This document shows, piece after piece, positions 45,900-54,505 of a stretch of 64,000 nt of DNA. Position numbers and translations under genes: made by a program. The stretch lies in IMG/VR virus record IMGVR_UViG_3300045988_105030; one strand, 5' to 3'. The notes under the pieces were generated by a model, which was given only the letters and a program-made list of their open reading frames with translations, had not been told where the DNA came from and ran no database searches. This DNA is from a virus. Each line of letters begins with the position of its first letter. The stretch's first letter is position 1.

Positions 45900-46279
45900 T
45901 GGGATCTGTTTTAGGAGTCCTCGTTTGTTTCGTTCTGATCGGCGGGTTCGTCGCATTTATCGGCCTCGTTTCCAAGGACAATGGGCAGGGACGGCAGGAG
46001 TATCGTGGCTATCAGCCCAACAAGCCCCTGAACGGTACTCCCCCCAACAAGGGGAACTGCATACAAAAACTACCTGATGACAAGACGCGGCATAAGGCGG
46101 CGCTGATGATACAGACTGGAGATTTCCGCAACCCGGAACGAGTTATCGGCCTCGTCTATGGGGAGGACGCAGCTATGTGGCACGCCAATATCTTCAAGAC
46201 CTGCTGTGGCGCGGAATATTTCACTGACACCGGGGAACTCGCTGGTGTTGTTATTCTGCCGAAGGAGGACGAGCGGTGA
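45899..46279 (+). CDS. membrane-anchored hypothetical protein
   Basis: 126 aa. N-terminal TM segment VLGVLVCFVLIGGFVAFIGLV. SD GAGGAGGAAA. Confidence 0.5.
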   Translation: MGSVLGVLVCFVLIGGFVAFIGLVSKDNGQGRQEYRGYQPNKPLNGTPPNKGNCIQKLPDDKTRHKAALMIQTGDFRNPERVIGLVYGEDAAMWHANIFKTCCGAEYFTDTGELAGVVILPKEDER

Positions 46280-46479
46280 ATACATACAACAGGCAACCCC
46301 GTGGGAAACTGGAGGTTTGCCCCCACTGCGGAAGAGACAGCGGGGAGCGCAAAATCGGTATTCATGTGCCGGAAAGGTACTATGTGCGCTGCGCGAGCTG
46401 CGGTTTCACTCTGTCAGGGTGGAGCCAGAGCGCCGCTACGGCAAGCTGGAACAGACTGAGTAAGAAGGTGAGAACATGA
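46276..46479 (+). CDS. Lar-like Zn-ribbon protein
   Basis: GTG start after GAAGGAGG. CPHCG...CASCG and C-terminus ATASWNRL resemble the Lar pattern. Confidence 0.45.
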   Translation: MNTYNRQPRGKLEVCPHCGRDSGERKIGIHVPERYYVRCASCGFTLSGWSQSAATASWNRLSKKVRT

Positions 46480-46634
46480 AAAGCAAATGCTGTGTTGGCT
46501 GCAAATGGCACGAGGAATGGACTTGGGCGTGCTGCAACGGGGACAGCCCGTATTGCGCCGATTTTGTAAACTGCGGGTGTCCGCTGTATGAGGAGAAGGA
46601 AAAGGACGATGAAAAGAGAAAAAATCATCTATAA
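46476..46634 (+). CDS. 52-aa Cys-rich peptide
   Basis: MKSKCCVGCKWHEEWTWACCNGDSPYCADFVNCGCPLYEE... in an ATGA-type overlap. Confidence 0.35.
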   Translation: MKSKCCVGCKWHEEWTWACCNGDSPYCADFVNCGCPLYEEKEKDDEKRKNHL

Positions 46635-47244
46635 CGCCATGAGCGACAACATCACACGCGCTGCCGAACTCGGCCTTTGCCCTGAGCCGTTTGTGGTTAT
46701 GCGGGCAGAATATCGACGCATTGCGAAACGAAATCTTCTTCACACAATTACAGAGATCGTTTTGGCGGCAGCTTTAACGGTTACGTTGTGTGTGCTCTTA
46801 TCAGATCCTGCGGAGGCGGTTTCGGATTCGCAGGACGCCTTAATAATTCAGTCTGTCAACACGTCTGAGACAGAGGCAGAGGCTTGGGAAGATCCTGACG
46901 AAGAAGAAAAAACGCGAGAGGCCATCAAGGCCAAGAGCAACGTGATCGAGGACTGTATCATCACTGGCTACTGTGCGGACTGCACGCCATATGCTCACAT
47001 GAACAGGGACGAGTTCGGCCGGGTTCTGACCGCCAGCGGCCAGTGGGTATGGATTGGAAGCTGCGTTGCAACGGACCCAAGCGTCATTCCCACCGGTTCC
47101 ACGGTGGTCATCGGTGACGAGACGTACATCGCCCTTGATGTAGGGGTGAAAGGGGACCACGTTGACATCCTGATGCACCACGACGATGCAGCCGTGGTGG
47201 GAGTACGGAGAGAGACTGTTTGGTGGTGTGAGGAACGTGAATAA
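46609..47244 (+). CDS. 3D-domain protein (cell-wall-binding/lytic type) with N-terminal membrane anchor
   Basis: The C-terminus CVATDPSVIPTGSTVVIGDETYIALDVGVKGDHVDILM carries the three conserved Asp pattern of 3D domains. Confidence 0.65.
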   Translation: MKREKIIYNAMSDNITRAAELGLCPEPFVVMRAEYRRIAKRNLLHTITEIVLAAALTVTLCVLLSDPAEAVSDSQDALIIQSVNTSETEAEAWEDPDEEEKTREAIKAKSNVIEDCIITGYCADCTPYAHMNRDEFGRVLTASGQWVWIGSCVATDPSVIPTGSTVVIGDETYIALDVGVKGDHVDILMHHDDAAVVGVRRETVWWCEERE

Positions 47245-47246
47245 AG

Positions 47247-47279
47247 AAAACCAGCCTCAATGATGGGGCTGGTTTTTTG
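47247..47279 (+). terminator. intrinsic terminator
   Basis: AACCAGCC tcaatgatgg GGCTGGTT followed by TTTTGC. Confidence 0.75.
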
Positions 47280-47353
47280 CTTTTATTTCGACACGAACTT
47301 CGACACGAGAAAAATAAACCTTGTATTCATGCGCTTTTTAAGACTTTTTTCAT

Positions 47354-47379
47354 GGGTTCGACTCCCCTCGCCTCCACCA
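47354..47379 (+). other. 3'-terminal fragment of a tRNA-Ala/tmRNA-type gene (att core)
   Basis: GGGTTCGACTCCCCTCGCCTCCACCA covers the T loop, the T-stem 3' strand, an acceptor 3' strand ending CUCC, then A and CCA. No matching 5' half lies upstream. Confidence 0.65.
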
Positions 47380-47389
47380 AAGAGAAAGA

Positions 47390-47422
47390 AAACCCGTAAC
47401 CATTGTGGTTGCGGGTTTTTCT
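47390..47422 (+). terminator. intrinsic terminator after the RNA-gene fragment
   Basis: AACCCGTAACC attgt GGTTGCGGGTT followed by TTTCTT. Confidence 0.65.
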
Positions 47423-47554
47423 TGCATTTGCAATGGTTTGCGGATTTTCGTTGAACATAAAATATGTTAGACTTGCAGCATATTTTTTGCTCTCGCAACG
47501 TAAATTGTTGATATTTTTCGACACGGATTTCGACACGGATTTCAATATGGGGTG

Positions 47555-48706
47555 TCAACGTTTGTCTTCTGTCTTTGCTTGTGGTGGCGGTAGCTTTTCG
47601 GCTGTCCGATAGAATTTTGCCATCTTGTTTTCTGCTTTCAGTCTGTCCCTTTGGGCGAGGTGCAGATAAATGTCGTGTACGGTGGAACTGTCAGACCAGC
47701 CGCCCATACTCATGACCTCGATCTCCGACAGGCGCAGGTGGTAACCAAGAGATGCGAACGAATGCCGCAGACAATGCTCCGTGATATTTGGAAGACCCTG
47801 CTGCACTGCAATAGTGCGTATGTGCCGATTGATGGTGCTGTTGGCTTGCGTTACGATGTAGCCGTCTTTTGACTGCGCCTCAAGCAGTTCTCTAAGCCGG
47901 GGTATCATGATGGGGACAGTGCGTGCGGACTGCCGCGTTTTATTGCGTTGCTTGAACACCTCTTTGTTGTGTTCGTCCCGAACAACGGCGCCGGATACAA
48001 AGATGCTGCCGTTTTTCATGTCAAAACTGTCTGGAAAACGCAATGCCCTGATTTCTGACATTCGCAAACTGTGTAGGCCGAGAAGCATTGCCATTTCGCA
48101 GGTGTCGCCCTTTGCAGCCTCGCAGAAAGCGATGATCTGCTGTGGATCAAGGAACTCCCGCTCATTTTTCTCCGGCACAGGGAACAGAACGCGGGGGACG
48201 GGAATCTCATTTACGCGCATGATGACAGTCATAAGTCCCCATGCGTTTTTTACGGACTTGTCGGAAAGACCGGAAAGTGCCGTGTTGATCTCCGCTTGCC
48301 AGTTGACTTGTGCGCTCATAGGCTTTTGCATGATATTATGAAAGCGGTTGCGCTGGATAACGCGGTAGCCCCGGACGGTTTCCGGCGACAGCGATTCAGA
48401 TCGGTCGGCGATATAGGCATCTATCGCCTTAGTCCACGTTAAGGATGGCAGTTTTTTCTGCTGCTCCACAAAACCTGCGCGGACGGCTTTTGCTTTTGCA
48501 ATACAGCGGTCTTTTGTCGTTTCGGTGACAGATCGCTTTTCGGCGGCAAGATAGATACGCCAGCTGCCGGAGGGAAGCTGCTTCGGCTCCGGAACCTTGA
48601 TAATACCGTCCTTTTTGCGCTCCCGCACCTGCTTCTGGCCGCACCAGGGGCAGAACGTGGCGTTGTCGGGGACTTCGCGCTTACAGGACTTGCACTTCGT
48701 TGACAT
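47555..48706 (-). CDS. int: phage integrase (tyrosine recombinase) with N-terminal Zn ribbon
   Basis: 383 aa. CKSCKREVPDNATFCPWCG. Catalytic region LHSLRMSEIRAL, HCLRHSFAS and STVHDIYLH. Its 3' end faces the att site. Confidence 0.85.
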   Translation of the reverse strand: MSTKCKSCKREVPDNATFCPWCGQKQVRERKKDGIIKVPEPKQLPSGSWRIYLAAEKRSVTETTKDRCIAKAKAVRAGFVEQQKKLPSLTWTKAIDAYIADRSESLSPETVRGYRVIQRNRFHNIMQKPMSAQVNWQAEINTALSGLSDKSVKNAWGLMTVIMRVNEIPVPRVLFPVPEKNEREFLDPQQIIAFCEAAKGDTCEMAMLLGLHSLRMSEIRALRFPDSFDMKNGSIFVSGAVVRDEHNKEVFKQRNKTRQSARTVPIMIPRLRELLEAQSKDGYIVTQANSTINRHIRTIAVQQGLPNITEHCLRHSFASLGYHLRLSEIEVMSMGGWSDSSTVHDIYLHLAQRDRLKAENKMAKFYRTAEKLPPPQAKTEDKR

Positions 48707-48883
48707 TTTGATATTTTCGTGTTACCCTACTGTTGTAGGCTCCTTTCTTTAAGACTCGTGATGGTGTTGGCGGGAATAGAGCTTATATGCAAAAGCCGTC
48801 CGATTGGGCGGCTTTTTTCTTTTTTAGCAAAAATTAACAAGAAACTTGTGGGATATAATGTAGAATGCGGTAGAACTGTCGTT

Positions 48884-49495
48884 CTATTTTCGGAGTGAGG
48901 TCTTTTTTGCAGTATCGCGCAGCACGCGGTATCCGACAATGCTGCACACGCCGATAGAAACAGGCACAAGAAGGATCACAAGCCACGCAAACGCTGAAGG
49001 TCCGTCTTTGAGGATGAAGCCGGCACGGGGATTGCGGAAGTCGAAAAGAAGATAAACAATTAAGAGCAGGGAGAGGATCGCACCGAAAATTGAAGAAAAC
49101 ACAGACCAGCGCTTGTAATGATCGCGCTGGCGGATAACGGCATCCAAGCGCTGGGTGCAAAGTCCATTGACCTGCTTCAGGCGCACCACGTCACCGGAGC
49201 TGACGGCGTTATCCAACTCCAGCTCGTGGATGCGTTCCTGCATGGCGGATGGAGCTGATGCGGGAGGCTGGATGTCAAACACTTGGTCGGCGGATATGCC
49301 GACGGCTTTCATCACCGCGACAGCATCGTACAGCTTCGGATCGCGCTCACCGGACTGCATTTTGCAGACGGTGGAATAGCTGATGCCGGACAGTTCGGCC
49401 AGTTCATCGTTGGTGATGCCCTTGTCCATTCTGGCTTTATGGACAAGGGCAGGGAAGTCCTGAATATGCTGCGCAAGTTCCTGAATTTCTGACAT
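48884..49495 (-). CDS. XRE-family HTH regulator with C-terminal membrane segments
   Basis: ATG 49495 after GAAAGGGGAAAA. HTH ITNDELAELSGISYSTVCKMQSGERDP. The C-terminal half has two hydrophobic helices. Confidence 0.65.
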   Translation of the reverse strand: MSEIQELAQHIQDFPALVHKARMDKGITNDELAELSGISYSTVCKMQSGERDPKLYDAVAVMKAVGISADQVFDIQPPASAPSAMQERIHELELDNAVSSGDVVRLKQVNGLCTQRLDAVIRQRDHYKRWSVFSSIFGAILSLLLIVYLLFDFRNPRAGFILKDGPSAFAWLVILLVPVSIGVCSIVGYRVLRDTAKKTSLRK

Positions 49496-49758
49496 GATTT
49501 TCCCCTTTCTATCTGTAACGGATACTATTTCATCCGTAAAAGTCCATATTTGGGGGACAATTACCCAGATATGAGGAAGCCTAAGAGCACCAACTACCCA
49601 AATTGGGGAGCGATTCCCCAAAATGAACGTAGACACCGCAGCTCACATAGAGTACGATTGAACCAAGCAAACGCCACAAAACGACATACGAGAGGGCAGA
49701 GAAATGAACGAACAGGAAGCAAGGAAATTGGTCTCCACCCTGACGATGGAGGAAAAGG

Positions 49759-50112
49759 TCAGGCTTTACGAGCTGCTATCAGCGCTGCGGCAAAGCCCTG
49801 CACCTGCGCCAATTCAGTCGGCGTAAGAGAACACAGCAACTTAACAAGAGCGGAATCGAGTTCGCTTTCCAGTTGGGAAGCGGGCTCTTTTTCTGTTTCA
49901 TCGCCGTAAAGTTCGGTCAGCAAATAGGAGACGTCAATCTCCAGAACGCGCGCAATAGCGCGAAGAGTGTCCATTGATGGTTTGGTCTTTCCTTTTTTGT
50001 AAAGAGCCATTGCCGACGGAGTGATGCTGGCAGCTTCATAGAACTCGGCTTTTGTCAAGCCCTTGGCTTTGCATAATTGCCAAATCTTGTAAACGAACAG
50101 TTCACCATTCAC
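49759..50112 (-). CDS. XRE-family repressor (cI-like position)
   Basis: 117 aa. HTH LTKAEFYEAASITPSAMALYKKGKTKP. Divergent from the Cro-like gene. Confidence 0.7.
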   Translation of the reverse strand: MNGELFVYKIWQLCKAKGLTKAEFYEAASITPSAMALYKKGKTKPSMDTLRAIARVLEIDVSYLLTELYGDETEKEPASQLESELDSALVKLLCSLTPTELAQVQGFAAALIAARKA

Positions 50113-50339
50113 AAAAGTATACCTCCAAAATTATGCATTGCTACAAACATTGAAAAATGAAGTAGATTGCTCTTGAAATTGAGAAAATATTGAGTTAGTA
50201 TAAAGACACGCAAAATAAATCGAGCAGATATAGAGAGATGCTTCACCAAAATCAAGCAGAATTTGCTAAGTTATTTGAACAGGCAACCACATAATAAGGC
50301 GAATTTCAGGAAAAGTCAAGTATTTCTCAATTATTTTTG

Positions 50340-50552
50340 ATGGGAGATGAGAGATTGAGTTATAAGGAGCAAAGAAAGAAAGCCGGATATTTGCAAAAAA
50401 CGGTGGCAGATTTGCTTGGGATAAGCGTTTCAGCGGTGAGCCTTTATGAGACAGGCAAGGCTGATCCTCCGGTGGCAGTTCTGCACAAGCTGTCTGCGCT
50501 GTACCGCTGCACGCTGGACGAGCTGATGAAGGGGGAGGGCAGAAAGAAATGA
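50340..50552 (+). CDS. XRE-family HTH protein (Cro-like position); start may be TTG 50355
   Basis: HTH YLQKTVADLLGISVSAVSLYETGKADP. An AT-rich operator/promoter region lies upstream. Confidence 0.65.
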   Translation: MGDERLSYKEQRKKAGYLQKTVADLLGISVSAVSLYETGKADPPVAVLHKLSALYRCTLDELMKGEGRKK

Positions 50553-50574
50553 ACGAGATTAGGAGGGTGCAGGT

Positions 50575-50820
50575 ATGCCGAGAGTGACGTATTTGAACAC
50601 AAAGAACCCCACGGAGGACAAGATCGTGGCGCTGCTGTACGGCGCACTGGAGCGTGAGGGCGTTCAGAAGCGGGAGTTTGCAGAGGCGTTGGATATGACT
50701 ACCATGACGCTTTCGCGCCGGAGAAAGTCCCCGTTGGACTTTACGCTGGGAGAGCTGCAAAAAGCCTGCCGCAAGCTGCACATCCCCATCGAAGACCTTC
50801 GCGCCGCTATAACGCTATGA
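50575..50820 (+). CDS. small HTH-like protein
   Basis: 81-aa ORF with SD GGAGGGTGCAGG. Confidence 0.5.
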   Translation: MPRVTYLNTKNPTEDKIVALLYGALEREGVQKREFAEALDMTTMTLSRRRKSPLDFTLGELQKACRKLHIPIEDLRAAITL

Positions 50821-50987
50821 GCTGGCGGTGCTTGATCTGCGGCGTGAAATTTGACACGCCGTTGGTCTTTGTGACCAAAGAGAATCTGGACGGGGAAAAC
50901 GGCTGGGAAACGCGAATCGAGCGTATTTGCCCCGTGTGTGGGGAGAGCTACATGGAGGAGGTAGAGGATGAGCAGGACGCGGAATGA
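50817..50987 (+). CDS. 56-aa Zn-ribbon protein
   Basis: MSWRCLICGVKF...CPVCGESY in an ATGA overlap. Below the ORF-track cut-off. Confidence 0.4.
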   Translation: MSWRCLICGVKFDTPLVFVTKENLDGENGWETRIERICPVCGESYMEEVEDEQDAE

Positions 50988-51156
50988 GCGCCGCCGGGAC
51001 AGGAAATGGAAGATCCTGTTGGCCGTAAGCAGCTTCGCGGCGCTGGGTTTTCTTGGCGGCATCGAAACAGGCGGCTCGTTGTGGCTGCTGGTAGGAGAGG
51101 GAATATCCCTTGGCGGTGTGTGGGTGAGCTGCACGGCGCTGGGGCTGTATAAGTGA
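50968..51156 (+). CDS. small membrane protein
   Basis: 62 aa with a basic N-terminus and two hydrophobic stretches. Confidence 0.35.
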   Translation: MSRTRNERRRDRKWKILLAVSSFAALGFLGGIETGGSLWLLVGEGISLGGVWVSCTALGLYK

Positions 51157-51176
51157 GATAGGGGAGGAAGATCGTT

Positions 51177-51317
51177 TTGGCAGGTGGCATCCTTACGCAA
51201 GGACAGGTGGCGGCGATCAACGCGGCGCTGGAGAAGAACTACCGCGTTGAGCTGATACCGCTGAAGGACGGTGTGAAGATCGTCAAGGTCAGCAGAGCAG
51301 AGATCAAAGCCAAATAA
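51177..51317 (+). CDS. 46-aa hypothetical peptide (TTG start)
   Basis: SD GGGGAGGAAG lies 6 nt upstream. Weak call. Confidence 0.25.
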   Translation: MAGGILTQGQVAAINAALEKNYRVELIPLKDGVKIVKVSRAEIKAK

Positions 51318-51417
51318 TGTACCCCTCCTAAGTCGCTTGGAGGGAAGGGCGGAGCGTCGTCGAGTGGTTCGGAATTTCCGAACTGCTTGGCGGCGTTTTT
51401 TTGTTTGTCAGAAAGAG

Positions 51418-52068
51418 GTGAGAAAAACGCAGAGATTACATTTTGAGGACAGAGAGACTTGGTTGGCAGGGCGAAATACGCAAGGGATCGGCGCCTCAGA
51501 AGCCGCAGCGGTAGTAGGCGTTTCCCCGTGGATGACCCCGATGGAGCTGTGGCGGCTGAAGGTGGGCGCGGCACAGGCGAAGGATTTGAGCGGCAGTGCC
51601 GCGGTGAGCCGGGGTGTGCGGATGGAACCGGTACTGCGCGACCTGTACGCCGCCATGCACCCCCATTACACCGTGGACTACCACGCCTACGACATTCTGT
51701 ACCAAGAGGACAGACCGTGGCTTTTCGCCACGCTGGACGGCGAGGTGACGGACGATCAGGGGCGGCGGGGCGTTTTGGAGATCAAAACCTCCACCCCCAA
51801 CGGGAAACTCGGCTGGGCAAAGTGGGACGGTCAGATTCCCCTCCACTACCTGACCCAGATCCTGCACCAAATGCTGGCCACCGGCTGGGACTTTGTAGAC
51901 CTGTTTGCGGCGCTGGAGAACATGGACGGCGACTTGAGCATACGCACCTACCGCTTCGAGCGGGCAGAGTTGACCGACAACTTGGCGTGGCTTTTGGAGC
52001 GGGAGGAAGATTTTCACAAAAATCATGTGCTGACCGGCACACCGCCGGCGGCGATTTTAAGAATGTGA
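51418..52068 (+). CDS. YqaJ-type viral recombinase exonuclease
   Basis: The motif IGASEAAAVVGVSPWMTPMELWRLKVG is typical of YqaJ. The start is set at GTG 51418 and is uncertain. Confidence 0.7.
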   Translation: MRKTQRLHFEDRETWLAGRNTQGIGASEAAAVVGVSPWMTPMELWRLKVGAAQAKDLSGSAAVSRGVRMEPVLRDLYAAMHPHYTVDYHAYDILYQEDRPWLFATLDGEVTDDQGRRGVLEIKTSTPNGKLGWAKWDGQIPLHYLTQILHQMLATGWDFVDLFAALENMDGDLSIRTYRFERAELTDNLAWLLEREEDFHKNHVLTGTPPAAILRM

Positions 52069-52084
52069 AGGAGGACAAAACCAA

Positions 52085-52321
52085 ATGATCGTAAAGGCAA
52101 TTTACTACAAGCCGTTGTGGAAGGGGTACAGCGGACGGGCATACACCTTCCGCACGAACCTGCCCCTGCAACTCGGAGACCATGTACTGGTGCCGGGCAG
52201 CGAGGCGGACGAAAAGCCCGCCATGATTACCGAGGTCAATCTGCCGGAGAGCGTCATTGACCCGTCGTGGGCTGACCGGGTGAAGTGGATCACCCGGATG
52301 GATACGGAGGTGCGGGCATGA
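52085..52321 (+). CDS. hypothetical small protein
   Basis: 78-aa ORF with SD GGAGGACAAAA. Confidence 0.5.
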   Translation: MIVKAIYYKPLWKGYSGRAYTFRTNLPLQLGDHVLVPGSEADEKPAMITEVNLPESVIDPSWADRVKWITRMDTEVRA

Positions 52322-53253
52322 GCGGCATGGTGGAATTTCGCATCACTTCCGACTTGCAGGAGATCCGCAAGCAGGCCATTACCACCAACTACGCCGATGT
52401 AAAGGCGTGGGTGGACGGCGTGGCGGAGCAGTACCGCAGCATTGTGGTGACGGAGGACGGCGTACAAGCCGCCAAGCAGGACAGGGCGAACCTCCGCAAA
52501 CTGCAAGCCAACATCGATCAGGTACGCAAGGAATGCCGTGCGGCGGCGCTGGCGGTATCCGCTGAAACGGAGACCAACTGCAAGGAGTTGGTGGCGACAC
52601 TGGAAACCGCCGTACAGAACCTCGATACGCAGGCCAAGGCATTTGAGGCGCGGCGCAAGGAGGAGAAGGCGGCAAGGCTCAAGACCTACTTCGACCGGGA
52701 AAACGAGTTGCACAACACCAACACCTACCTGACATGGGAGGGCGTGCTTGACCCCAAGTGGCTCAACGCCACCGCCAGTGAGGACGCGGCAAAAAAGGCT
52801 ATCGATGCCATCATCACCAACACCGTGAACGGGATCGCTGCCATCGTAACGCTGCAAAGCCCCTTCGAGGTGGAGCTGCTGGACTACTACCGTGGAACCC
52901 AGGATGTGACCGCCGTTCTGCAAAAGAACGCCCGCCTGCTGGAAATGAAAAAGGCACAGGAGGAGCGGGAAAAGGCGACGCGGGAGGCGGCAGAAGCCAA
53001 GCGTCTGGCAGAGGAGGCGGCACGGAAGGCCCTTGTGGTGGAAGAACCTGCGCCGCAGGAGGCACCCAGCGTGGCGGACGTGATCCGCTCCGTAGAACAG
53101 GAGGCGTTTGCATACGCGGCAGTCGAGGACGAACCGCAGGAGGAGGAAATTTACACCGTGGATTTCCGCGTACACGGTACGGCGGTACAGCTCAACGGCT
53201 TGAAGGCATACATGAAGGAACACGACATCCGCTTTGGGCGTGTGCCGGAATAA
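52318..53253 (+). CDS. DUF1351-like recombination-module protein
   Basis: ATG 52318 in an ATGA overlap. 311 aa, coiled-coil-rich. Its position between the exonuclease and recT matches DUF1351 genes of siphophages. Confidence 0.5.
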   Translation: MSGMVEFRITSDLQEIRKQAITTNYADVKAWVDGVAEQYRSIVVTEDGVQAAKQDRANLRKLQANIDQVRKECRAAALAVSAETETNCKELVATLETAVQNLDTQAKAFEARRKEEKAARLKTYFDRENELHNTNTYLTWEGVLDPKWLNATASEDAAKKAIDAIITNTVNGIAAIVTLQSPFEVELLDYYRGTQDVTAVLQKNARLLEMKKAQEEREKATREAAEAKRLAEEAARKALVVEEPAPQEAPSVADVIRSVEQEAFAYAAVEDEPQEEEIYTVDFRVHGTAVQLNGLKAYMKEHDIRFGRVPE

Positions 53254-53271
53254 CGGAAGGAGAGAAACACC

Positions 53272-53572
53272 ATGAAAGTCCAGAACCAGAGCAATTTTAC
53301 CCAGATGACACAGCAGAAGAAGCAGAAATTCAGCATGGCGATCACCGCCCCCAGCACACAGCAGATGATCTCCCGCGCCCTCAAAAACGAGCGCATGGCG
53401 GCACGGTTTACCTCCACCCTGATCTCCGCCGTAAGCGCCAGCGACCAGCTCAAGGAGTGTGACCCCGGCACCATCATTGCCGCCGGTCTCCGCGGCGAGG
53501 GCATGGGGCTTATTTACGGCCACGGCTACTACATCGTGCCCTACGGCAGCGTGGCCCAGTTCAATCTTGGCT
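53272..53572 (+). CDS. recT: RecT single-strand annealing protein, exon 1
   Basis: Ends ...GHGYYIVPYGSVAQFNLG followed by an in-frame TAA. The conserved RecT continuation (YKGYIQLA) resumes at 54506. Exon 1 is 301 nt. Confidence 0.75.
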
Positions 53573-54505
53573 AAACTTTTATGGTCAAGTAAAACCGCGT
53601 GAACCCTATTACTCAGGGGTGTGCCGCCACAAGGCGGTGCTAACGGTGAAACCCGTCGAAAAAGGGCAATACCGTGCTGCGGTATTTTTATTGGAGACAA
53701 GTATGACAGGTATTTATTTGATAACCAACAAGGTTTCTGGCGGTTCCTATGTTGGGAAAAGCGTAGATATTCACCGAAGATTTATTGAACACAGAACGGT
53801 GAATGCTGAACATAACGGAAGCTTGAAGGCAGCATTTTTGAAATACGGGGTTGAGTGCTTTTCTTTTGAAGTTTTGGAGGAGTGCCCTGTTGAGATGCTG
53901 AATGAGCGAGAAATGTACTACATCGATAAATTGAATCCTTCTTATAACCGCACAAAGGGTGGAGACGGGCGATCTCGAAGATTGACTCCGGCTGAAAAGG
54001 AACATTTGCGCCAGTGTGGAAAACGCCAATGGGCCAATATGTCCGAATCAGCAAGAGAGACGCAAATTCGCAACAACCTGAAAGGTCCTAAAGTTGGCCA
54101 TCCTGTATCACAGGAAACGCGAGAAAAGCTTAGAAAAGCTAATATTGGGAAAACTGCCAGCCCCGAAACAATTGCAAAAAGAAAAACAACTATGGCAAAA
54201 AAAGGCATTGAGTTGTTTAACGGAAAGCGTTATATGCGCCCCATCCGCTGCATTGAAACGGGCGAAACCTTTGAGAGTTTGAAAGAAGCCGAAAAAAAGT
54301 ACGGGCTAACAACTCTCTGCGCCCACTTAAAGGGGAAATACAAAACCTGTAAAGGTCTCCATTACGAATACTTGAGTGTAGAGACTACCCGTGATGAATG
54401 TAGCGGGGTAGGGCAGAAGATGAGTTACTGCCCGAAGTGCGCGGCACACAAAAAAGTGTGAAGAGATAGTCCACCCCGGCGCGATGATAAAGCGCCGGAA
54501 TAGTG
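53573..54505 (+). mobile_element. group I intron (933 nt) carrying a homing-endonuclease ORF
   Basis: The 5' splice site follows U53572. Exon CUUGGCU pairs with the internal guide GGUCAAG (53583-53589), giving the U-G wobble at the splice site. The last intron base is G54505. Splicing makes GGC T|AT AAA and restores the frame (G-Y-K-G-Y). Confidence 0.7.
53703..54461 (+). CDS. GIY-YIG homing endonuclease (intron-encoded)
   Basis: The N-terminus GIYLITNKVSGGSYVGKSVDIHRRFIEHR is the GIY-YIG signature. Repeated Gxxxsxetrxkls (NUMOD3-like) motifs follow. Confidence 0.8.
   Translation: MTGIYLITNKVSGGSYVGKSVDIHRRFIEHRTVNAEHNGSLKAAFLKYGVECFSFEVLEECPVEMLNEREMYYIDKLNPSYNRTKGGDGRSRRLTPAEKEHLRQCGKRQWANMSESARETQIRNNLKGPKVGHPVSQETREKLRKANIGKTASPETIAKRKTTMAKKGIELFNGKRYMRPIRCIETGETFESLKEAEKKYGLTTLCAHLKGKYKTCKGLHYEYLSVETTRDECSGVGQKMSYCPKCAAHKKV

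Larger units (their letters stand above)
47287..47537 (+). mobile_element. attP-like recombination site (arm repeats on both sides of the core)
   Basis: TTCGACACG occurs at 47287, 47299, 47517 and 47529, all in direct orientation, flanking the 26-nt tRNA/tmRNA 3'-end core. The total span of ~250 bp abuts the integrase stop codon. Confidence 0.6.

Noticed and set aside
47281-47379. I considered an intact tRNA or tmRNA gene next to the integrase.
   Set aside because: Only the last 26 nt fit. The T-stem 5' strand mismatches (ATGGG versus the required AGGGG), and no complementary acceptor 5' strand occurs upstream. The upstream DNA instead contains the arm-type repeats.
53572-53702. I considered the TAA at 53572-53574 as the genuine end of a short RecT-like protein, and the ORF-track start at 53619 for the endonuclease.
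   Set aside because: The conserved RecT core continues at 54506 in a frame restored by splicing. The endonuclease has a proper ATG at 53703 directly before its GIY-YIG motif, and the upstream extension is intron RNA.
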